In this document: positions 58,384 through 64,000 of the stretch, piece after piece
Layout: each line of letters starts with the position of its first letter
How positions within the stretch are numbered: the first letter of the stretch is position 1
Source of the DNA: an uncultured Gaiellales bacterium
Lineage (GTDB): Bacteria; Actinomycetota; Thermoleophilia; Gaiellales; Gaiellaceae
DNA length: 64,000 bases
NCBI GenBank assembly: GCA_964595575.1
Contig: CAZQRA010000005.1
Location: 542-64,541, forward strand
Direction: 5' to 3'
The notes under the pieces: generated by a model
The model's input: the letters and a program-made list of their open reading frames with translations, nothing else
Told to the model about the DNA's origin: nothing
Databases searched by the model: none
Made by a program: the position numbers and the translations under genes

Positions 58384-59918
58384 GCCCCAGCGGCGGCCGC
58401 TCGAGCCGATGTCGGCGGCTCCACCCGAGGAAAGAGGGGAGGAGCGGGCTCGATACCCTTGGCCGGCTGCAGCCGCCCGGGAAGCGCTTGCTCCCAGGTC
58501 ACGTCCTGGGGCTGGCCCAACGCGGCCAGGAGGCGCGGCGCCGTCGCCGGAAGGTACGGGGCCAAGGCCACGGCCAGGGCCCGCAGCCCGTCGGCGAGAT
58601 CGTAGAGCACGCGGTCGAGCTCGTCCCCGCGTCGCTCGTCCTTGGCCAGCTCCCACGGGCGCGTCCGCTCCACGTAGGCGTTGAGGCGGCGCACGAGCTC
58701 CCAGATCGTCTCCAGCGCTCCTGTTAGGTCCCAGGCGTCGAGCTGACGGGGGACGGCGTCGTACAGAGCCTGGATCCAGGAAGCGACCTCGCTCGACCCA
58801 CCTCCCGCGGGTAGCTCCCCCCCTCGGTAGCGGGCCACCATGGCCGTCGTGCGGGACAAGAGGTTGCCCAGCTCGTTGCCCAGCTCTCGCTCGTAGCGCT
58901 CGTGCAAGCTCTCCACGGAGACGCTTCCGTCCTGGCCGAAGGAGACTGACCGAACTGCCCAGAACCGCACCGCGTCCGCTCCGTACACGCCCACCAGCTC
59001 CAGCGGGTCGAGGACGTTGCCCAGGGACTTGGACATCTTCCGCTCGTCGAACAGGAGGTAGCCGTGGACGAAGATCTGCCGGGGTACCTCGTAGCCGGCG
59101 GAGAGGAGCATGGCCGGCCAGTACACGCAGTGGAAGCGGAGGATGTCCTTGGCCATGAGGTGGCGGGCGGCCGGCCAGAAGACCGGGATCAGGTCGTGGC
59201 CCGGCCGCGCGTAGGTGAGCGCGCTCAGGTAGTTGACAAGGGCGTCCGCCCACACGTAGGCGACCTGGCTCTCGTCCCAGGGGAGGGGGATGCCCCAGGG
59301 CTGGCCGGCGCGGCTGATCGAGAAGTCCTGCAGACCCTGGGCGATGAAGCTCCGAGCCTCGTTGTAGCGAAAGCGGGGAAGCACGAAGTCGGGGCGCTCG
59401 TCGTAGAGGCGGAGCAGGCGCTCCTGGTAGGCAGAGAGACGGAAGAAGTAGTTCTGCTCCTCGATGTACTCGACCCGATCGCCGTGGTTCGGGCACGCCC
59501 CGTCCACGAGGTCGGCCTCTGCCTTGAAGGCCTCGCAGCCCACGCAGTAGAGCCCCGCGTAGGTTCCCTGGTAGATGTCACCGGCCCGGTACATGCGGGC
59601 GAGGAACTCGCGCACGAAGGCCTTGTGGCCGTCGTCGGAGGTACGGATGAAGAAGTCCGGCTCGGCGCCGACACGCGCCGGCAGCTCCCGCCAGACCACG
59701 GCCATGCGATCGACGTACTCGCGGGGCTGGAGCCCCTGCTCGCGGGCTACGCGGTAGACCTGGGTCGCGTGCTCGTCGACCCCGGTCAGGAAGAAGGTCT
59801 CGTCCCCCCGCTGCTTGCGGTGCCGGACGAGGATGTCGGCCGCGATCGTGGTGTAGGCGTGGCCGATGTGGGGGGTCGAGTTGACGTAGTAGATAGGGGT
59901 CGTGAGGTAGAAGCGCAT
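58380..59918 (-). CDS. metG: methionine--tRNA ligase
   Basis: MRFYLTTPIYYVNSTPHIGHAYT (HIGH) and KMSKSLGN (KMSKS); anticodon-binding helical domain with no C-terminal EMAP/Trbp111 domain. Confidence 0.95.
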   Translation of the reverse strand: MRFYLTTPIYYVNSTPHIGHAYTTIAADILVRHRKQRGDETFFLTGVDEHATQVYRVAREQGLQPREYVDRMAVVWRELPARVGAEPDFFIRTSDDGHKAFVREFLARMYRAGDIYQGTYAGLYCVGCEAFKAEADLVDGACPNHGDRVEYIEEQNYFFRLSAYQERLLRLYDERPDFVLPRFRYNEARSFIAQGLQDFSISRAGQPWGIPLPWDESQVAYVWADALVNYLSALTYARPGHDLIPVFWPAARHLMAKDILRFHCVYWPAMLLSAGYEVPRQIFVHGYLLFDERKMSKSLGNVLDPLELVGVYGADAVRFWAVRSVSFGQDGSVSVESLHERYERELGNELGNLLSRTTAMVARYRGGELPAGGGSSEVASWIQALYDAVPRQLDAWDLTGALETIWELVRRLNAYVERTRPWELAKDERRGDELDRVLYDLADGLRALAVALAPYLPATAPRLLAALGQPQDVTWEQALPGRLQPAKGIEPAPPLFPRVEPPTSARAAAAGA

Positions 59919-61437
59919 CCCCGGAGATCATAGGCGGCGGCCCGATCCCCTCCCCGGGGACGGGTGGGCCCACCGGGCGGCGGGTCCGGAGGAGGACCAA
60001 GGCGACGAGGGCGAGGAGGAAAAGCCCGCCCGCCGCCAGGAGGAAGAGCCGGTCGACGATGGCGACTCCCTGCTCCCGAGAAGGAAGGGCGGGGCGAGCC
60101 GCGTCTGCCGGCGGCAACGCGGCGCGCGGGGCGGCCGCGACCGGCCTGCCCCCAAGGGGCGCTACCCGCCTCTCCTCCCGGGGCGTCCCCGGGAGGGCGC
60201 GGGCGAGGAGGAAGGGAGCAAGGAGGGCTCGCGCCTCTGTCTGGAACCCCGGGCGCCCCGCCGCCCTGGTCGCGATCGCGGGCGGCGTGGCGGAGCGAGC
60301 GCCCCGGCGAGGCCGGAAGGGCTCTCGCCTCGGGGGAGGAGGGCCCGCCGACGGACCGAGACGTCTCGGGGCCCGACCGCGATCGACCCCTCCACCGCGG
60401 ACGACCTGAAGGCGGAGCGGAGGCAACGCCGTCCGGGTCGTGACGTCGGCCCGCCTCCCAGGCACCGCGGCCGGGCCCGAGCCTGGCCTCTTCCCGAGGG
60501 GGAGCTTGGAGGTCCTCACGGCATCCCGCCCAGACGCTCCCCCCGAGGGCGCGAGGTGCCCGCGCGCCGGGCGAGTCGAGCGAGGCTGGATCGAGTCCTG
60601 GATCGGCCCCTCGCCCTCACCGCTTGCGCCTCCAGGGTCCCCTTGGGCAGGGGGGAAGACGGCAGAGGGAGGAGGGCCGGTTGCCGAGGTACCGGAATCG
60701 GAGGCTCGGACCGAAGAAGAGGTGGGAAGCTCTGTCGCCCCGGAAGAGCCTGGATCGGACGCGACAGGCGAGCCGGCCGGCTCGGCAGCCGCCGCCTCCG
60801 ATCCCGAGGAGACAGGGGACGGGCTCGGGGCAGGCGGGGTCGAGGGAGGTCTCTCCGCCTGCGAGGGCAGCGCCTCTCTCGTCGGGGGACCGGGCGGGGC
60901 CGGGGGCGCCGGCGCCGAGCCCGAGGGGGCAGGCTCGGGCGCGGGCGAGCCAGGCTGAGCAATGGGAAGCGGGGCCTGCTCCCGCGCGGGGAGGAGCGAC
61001 AGGGGATCCACGTACCCCTGAGGATCGGAGGTGAGGCGCACGCCGAGGTGGACGTAGGGCTCGTCGACCTCGGGCTCCCCGCTCGGCCCGATCGTCCCCA
61101 CCGCCTCTCCCTCGGCCACCTCCGCCCCCTTGCGCGTGGAGACCGACCCCAGATGGACGAGCGTGACCGAGTAGCCGTCGTCGGTCTCGATGGTGACGGT
61201 CAAGCCGTGCCTCGGCACCGTGCCGGCGAAGGCGACGGAGCCGGCGGCCGGGGCTCGTACCGGCGCCCCCTTGGAGCCGCCGATATCGACCCCTCGGTGT
61301 TGACCGGCGACGTAGGGATTCGACCCCAGCGCGAACGGGCGGAGCACGGGGCCGTCGGACGGCCAGCTCCAGGCGCCGGCAGGCCCGGGGAAGAGCGACA
61401 CCACGAGCGCGGCGAGGGCGAGAGCCCGGCCACCCAT
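59578..61437 (-). CDS. secreted M23 peptidase with long Pro/Ser/Arg-rich region and C-terminal TM; 3' end uncertain
   Basis: Strong RBS (GAAGGAGG) before ATG 61437, then a signal peptide. LytM domain: WPSDGPVLRPF....HRGVDIGGSKGAPVRAPAAG...TIETDDGYSVTLVHL...GPSGEPEVDEPYVHLGVR. About 330 aa of low complexity follow, then TM LFLLAAGGLFLLALVALVLL at ~60000. The frame has no stop until 59578, 341 nt into metG. Confidence 0.7.
   Translation of the reverse strand: MGGRALALAALVVSLFPGPAGAWSWPSDGPVLRPFALGSNPYVAGQHRGVDIGGSKGAPVRAPAAGSVAFAGTVPRHGLTVTIETDDGYSVTLVHLGSVSTRKGAEVAEGEAVGTIGPSGEPEVDEPYVHLGVRLTSDPQGYVDPLSLLPAREQAPLPIAQPGSPAPEPAPSGSAPAPPAPPGPPTREALPSQAERPPSTPPAPSPSPVSSGSEAAAAEPAGSPVASDPGSSGATELPTSSSVRASDSGTSATGPPPSAVFPPAQGDPGGASGEGEGPIQDSIQPRSTRPARGHLAPSGGASGRDAVRTSKLPLGKRPGSGPAAVPGRRADVTTRTALPPLRLQVVRGGGVDRGRAPRRLGPSAGPPPPRREPFRPRRGARSATPPAIATRAAGRPGFQTEARALLAPFLLARALPGTPREERRVAPLGGRPVAAAPRAALPPADAARPALPSREQGVAIVDRLFLLAAGGLFLLALVALVLLRTRRPVGPPVPGEGIGPPPMISGDALLPHDPYLLRQLDPPHRPRLHHDRGRHPRPAPQAAGGRDLLPDRGRRARDPGLPRSPRAGAPAPRVRRSHGRGLAGAAGACRRRAGLLHPYLRRRPQGLRARVPRPHVPGR
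59927..59932 (-). promoter_or_regulatory. -10 box TATGAT, 8 nt before the metG ATG (leaderless-type promoter)
   Basis: Minus strand reads TATGAT-ctccgggg-ATG(59918). It lies inside the tail of the upstream M23 ORF. Confidence 0.4.
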
Positions 61438-61479
61438 GCGAGCCTCCTTCTCGTTGACTGCAACGCGAACGCGATCCAG

Positions 61480-61508
61480 GCTAGCGGGCTCCCCCGGCCG
61501 CCGCTAGC
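61480..61508 (-). terminator. hairpin after rsmI (8-bp stem GCTAGCGG/CCGCTAGC, 12-nt loop) overlapping a 12-nt palindrome
   Basis: GCTAGCGG 61480-61487 pairs with CCGCTAGC 61501-61508. GCCGCTAGCGGC 61500-61511 is self-complementary. It lies between the rsmI stop (61536) and the M23 start (61437). Confidence 0.3.
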
Positions 61509-61535
61509 GGCGATTGCACGATTGGCGAAGATCTG

Positions 61536-62342
61536 TTACAGCTGCGCGCGATAGAGGCGGTTGCGGGGAACGCCGGTGAGACGGGATACGATCTCGGCCG
61601 CCTGCCCCCTGGCTACTCCCGCCGACACGAGGTCGGCGACTGCCCCAGCGGCGGCGTCGACGTCCGGCCCCGCCACCGGCCCAGGAGCCACCACGAGCGT
61701 GACCTCTCCCTTGGGCGGCTCGACGAGTCGTCGGGCGACGTCGGCCGCGGTGCCCCTGATCACCTCCTCGAAGGCCTTGGTCAGCTCCCGGCACACTGCC
61801 ACCCGACGCGCGGGCAGCGCCCGAGCCAGGGAGGCGAGCGAGCGGGGAAGGCGGCGGGGAGACTCGAAGGCGACGGCGGCGTGAGGCCAAGCGGCCAGCT
61901 CTCGCCACAGGGCGGCCAGCGCCTTCTCCCCGCGGGGGAGGTAGCCGAGAAACTGGTAGCGATCGGCAACGTAGCCGCTGGCCACCAGGGCAGTCTCGAC
62001 GGCGGAGGGGCCGGGTAGGACTGTCACGGGAACGCCGGCCTCCAGGCACGCGGCCACGAGCCGGGCCCCGGGATCGCTGATGGCGGGAAGGCCGGCGTCG
62101 CTCACGAGGGCCACCCGCTCCCCCGCCTGGAGGCGAGGAAGGACCTCCGCTACCCGCCTGGCCTCGTTGTGCTCGTGGTAGCTCAGGAGGCGGGCAGGCT
62201 CGATTCCATGCCGATAGAAGAGGAGGCGGGCGCGACGGGTGTCCTCGCAGAGGACGAGGTCGGCCTCCTTGAGCTCCCGGAGGACGCGAAGGGTCACGTC
62301 CTCCAGGTTCCCGATCGGCGTCGCGCAGACGGCAAGCGGCAT
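61536..62342 (-). CDS. rsmI: 16S rRNA (cytidine1402-2'-O)-methyltransferase
   Basis: LAVCATPIGNLEDVTLR....LCEDTR, plus VALVSDAGLPAISDPG and a C-terminal YRAQL. Confidence 0.9.
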   Translation of the reverse strand: MPLAVCATPIGNLEDVTLRVLRELKEADLVLCEDTRRARLLFYRHGIEPARLLSYHEHNEARRVAEVLPRLQAGERVALVSDAGLPAISDPGARLVAACLEAGVPVTVLPGPSAVETALVASGYVADRYQFLGYLPRGEKALAALWRELAAWPHAAVAFESPRRLPRSLASLARALPARRVAVCRELTKAFEEVIRGTAADVARRLVEPPKGEVTLVVAPGPVAGPDVDAAAGAVADLVSAGVARGQAAEIVSRLTGVPRNRLYRAQL

Positions 62343-62345
62343 CGG

Positions 62346-63260
62346 CTAGCCGTCGGTGGCCGCAGCCTGAAAGCCGATGAGCGCGGCTCCGATCATGCCT
62401 GCCTCTCCCCCCAGCTCGGCAGGGACGACGCGGACGATGTCCCGGGCCGGCGGCAACGCCTCCTGGGCCAGCGCCCGTCGCGCCGGCTCGATCAGGAGGT
62501 CGAACGCTACCCCGAAGCCGCCCCCGATCACCACCCGCTCGGGGTTGAAGATGTTGACGAGACTGGCGATCCCAGCCCCCAGCCGCTCGCCGAGCTCGGC
62601 CATGGCGGCGAGCGCCCCCCGATCGCCGGCGCGGGCGGCGGCCACGAGAGATCGGGCATCGGCCGCGGGGCCGAGGACCCGTCTCGCCATCCCGGCGGCG
62701 GCAGTACCCGAGGCCAGCGCCTCGAAGTGGCCGTGCCCGCGACAGGCCCCCTGGCACCGCCGGCCCCGGTACTGGAGCACCATGTGGCCCAGCTCGGCGG
62801 CGGCGCCCACCGCCCCCCGGTACAGCCGGCCGTCGAGGACGAGCCCGCCCCCGATGCCGGTGCCCAACGTGAGCATGACCATGTGCCGAGCGCCCCTTCC
62901 CGCTCCCGCCGTCCACTCGGCCAGGGCGGCGGCGTTGGCGTCGTTGTCCACGGCCGTCGGCAGCCGGAACCGCTCGCTGCCCCAGGCCCGCAGGGAGACG
63001 CCGGCCAGGGGGATGTGAACCGAGAACACCGCGGTCCCCTCCCGCTGGTCGACGGTGGAGGGAACGCCGATCCCGACCGCGACTACCGTGCCGTCGCGCA
63101 GCTCCTCCACCAGCGAGGCGATGGCGTCGAGCAGAGCCTCCTGGGATTCGAGCGGGGTGGGGCACTCCCTGGCGACGGCGACGCGCCCTGCCTGGTCGAC
63201 GAGCCCGGCCAGGATCTTCGTCCCCCCCACGTCCACGCCGATAGCCCGCTCCTCGCTCAT
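62346..63260 (-). CDS. ROK-family glucokinase
   Basis: IGVDVGGTKILAG, TLGTGIGGG, and ROK Cys/His motif ELGHMVLQYRGRRCQGACRGHGHFE. Confidence 0.85.
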   Translation of the reverse strand: MSEERAIGVDVGGTKILAGLVDQAGRVAVARECPTPLESQEALLDAIASLVEELRDGTVVAVGIGVPSTVDQREGTAVFSVHIPLAGVSLRAWGSERFRLPTAVDNDANAAALAEWTAGAGRGARHMVMLTLGTGIGGGLVLDGRLYRGAVGAAAELGHMVLQYRGRRCQGACRGHGHFEALASGTAAAGMARRVLGPAADARSLVAAARAGDRGALAAMAELGERLGAGIASLVNIFNPERVVIGGGFGVAFDLLIEPARRALAQEALPPARDIVRVVPAELGGEAGMIGAALIGFQAAATDG

Positions 63261-63286
63261 CGCCTGCGGCTACCATAACCCGCCGC

Positions 63287-64000
63287 ATGCCCGGCGAGGA
63301 GAAGCCGTACCGCCTCTACCGCGCTGGGCGCCCGCGGCCTCGACGACCCCTGCCCCCCTTACCCTCCCGGCGAGAGCGGCCTACCCGCGAGCGCCGGCCC
63401 TCTCCTCCGCCCTCGGCTCCCCGACGGCCTCGCTCCCGCCGGCGCCTGCTCCTGCGGGCGCTTGGGATCGGGATCGCCCTCTTTCTCCTGTGGCTTGCCG
63501 CCTGGGGGCTCGCCGGCTACTTCGCCTTCAGGGAGGGGGTGGCCAAGGCCAACGACCGGCTGCCGGCCTCCGTGCGCCGTCAGCTGGCGGGCGGAAGCGG
63601 CCTTCCCTTGACGAGCGCCCAGACCATCCTCCTCCTGGGCACGGACACCGGCCCCGGCCGCAGAGGCCTTCGCCACTCGGACTCGATCATGCTCGTCCGC
63701 ACCGATCCCGACCACCACCGGGTCGCCTACCTCTCCATCCCCCGCGACCTGAGGGTGGAGATCCCCGGCTACGGGGTCGACAAGATCAACGTGGCCTACC
63801 AGGCAGGCGGGCCGGCCCTAGCGGTGCGCACCGTCCGCAGGCTGACCGGGCTTGCCATCGACCACGTCGTCCTCGTCGACTTCTCCCGCTTTCGGGAGCT
63901 GATCGACGCCGTGGGAGGGATCGAGGTAGACGTGCCGGCCCCCATCGTCTCCGACCGTTTCGACTGCCCCCTCAAGACCGAGGAGGCCTGCGCCCGCTGG
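63287..64000 (+). CDS. LytR-CpsA-Psr (LCP) family protein, partial (runs off window end)
   Basis: Hand translation from ATG 63287: Arg/Pro-rich N-terminus, TM LGIGIALFLLWLAAWGLAGYFAF, then LLLGTDTGPGRRGLRHSDSIMLVRTDPDHHRVAYLSIPRDLRVEIPGYGVDKINVAY...LVDFSRFRELIDAVGGIEVDVP. No stop before 64000. Confidence 0.8.
   Translation, partial: MPGEEKPYRLYRAGRPRPRRPLPPLPSRRERPTRERRPSPPPSAPRRPRSRRRLLLRALGIGIALFLLWLAAWGLAGYFAFREGVAKANDRLPASVRRQLAGGSGLPLTSAQTILLLGTDTGPGRRGLRHSDSIMLVRTDPDHHRVAYLSIPRDLRVEIPGYGVDKINVAYQAGGPALAVRTVRRLTGLAIDHVVLVDFSRFRELIDAVGGIEVDVPAPIVSDRFDCPLKTEEACARW

Noticed and set aside
60000-61000. Possible repeat array in the GC-rich region with recurring GGGGC/CCGGG strings
   Set aside because: It is explained as the Pro/Ser/Ala/Arg-rich low-complexity linker of the M23 peptidase. 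No regular period or conserved repeat unit was seen.
61438-61535. cyclic-di-AMP (ydaO-type) riboswitch upstream of the secreted M23 peptidase
   Set aside because: The spacer is only 98 nt and I could not recognise the conserved pseudo-symmetric core. It holds only a simple palindrome/hairpin.

Overview
Visibly very GC-rich bacterial chromosomal segment (GC not computed). Gene content and synteny fit a high-GC Gram-positive (Actinomycetota-like) organism: fused PafBC, eno...ftsB-DUF501, glmU-prs-ctc-pth-mfd, metG-tatD-rsmA-ispE. I support about 65 protein genes (two run off the window ends) and one tRNA-Gln(UUG). I saw no rRNA, CRISPR array, transposase, integrase or phage genes. Coding is dense and mostly on the minus strand, with many 1-4 nt start/stop overlaps (GTGA, ATGA, TGATG). 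Most very long ORFs in the six-frame track are GC-driven shadow or read-through ORFs, so I trimmed them to the recognisable gene. The window is mainly housekeeping: translation, cell envelope, central metabolism, cytochrome c maturation. Points worth a second look: (1) a tightly coupled operon joining archaeal-type cyclic 2,3-diphosphoglycerate genes (2-phosphoglycerate kinase and cDPG synthetase) to a metallophosphoesterase and GlpX; (2) a six-gene signalling cluster of secreted protein, OmpR-type regulator, histidine kinase, tandem SagB-type nitroreductase, ECF sigma and anti-sigma, where the sigma gene has no canonical start and is in frame with the nitroreductase across a single TAA; (3) pyruvate kinase split by a frameshift in a C6/G6 run, plus other start or frame anomalies that may be assembly indels; (4) a recurrent TANNNT box 5-10 nt upstream of at least 15 start codons, implying widespread leaderless transcription; (5) a DtxR/IdeR-like operator overlapping the mntH -10 box; (6) an AT-rich island with a promoter, a 16-nt palindrome and phased TTAAC repeats upstream of a Cys/His-motif hypothetical gene and a fused PafBC regulator; (7) a CxxxY-type CcmE. 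All functional calls rest on motif recognition by eye, and no database search was run.
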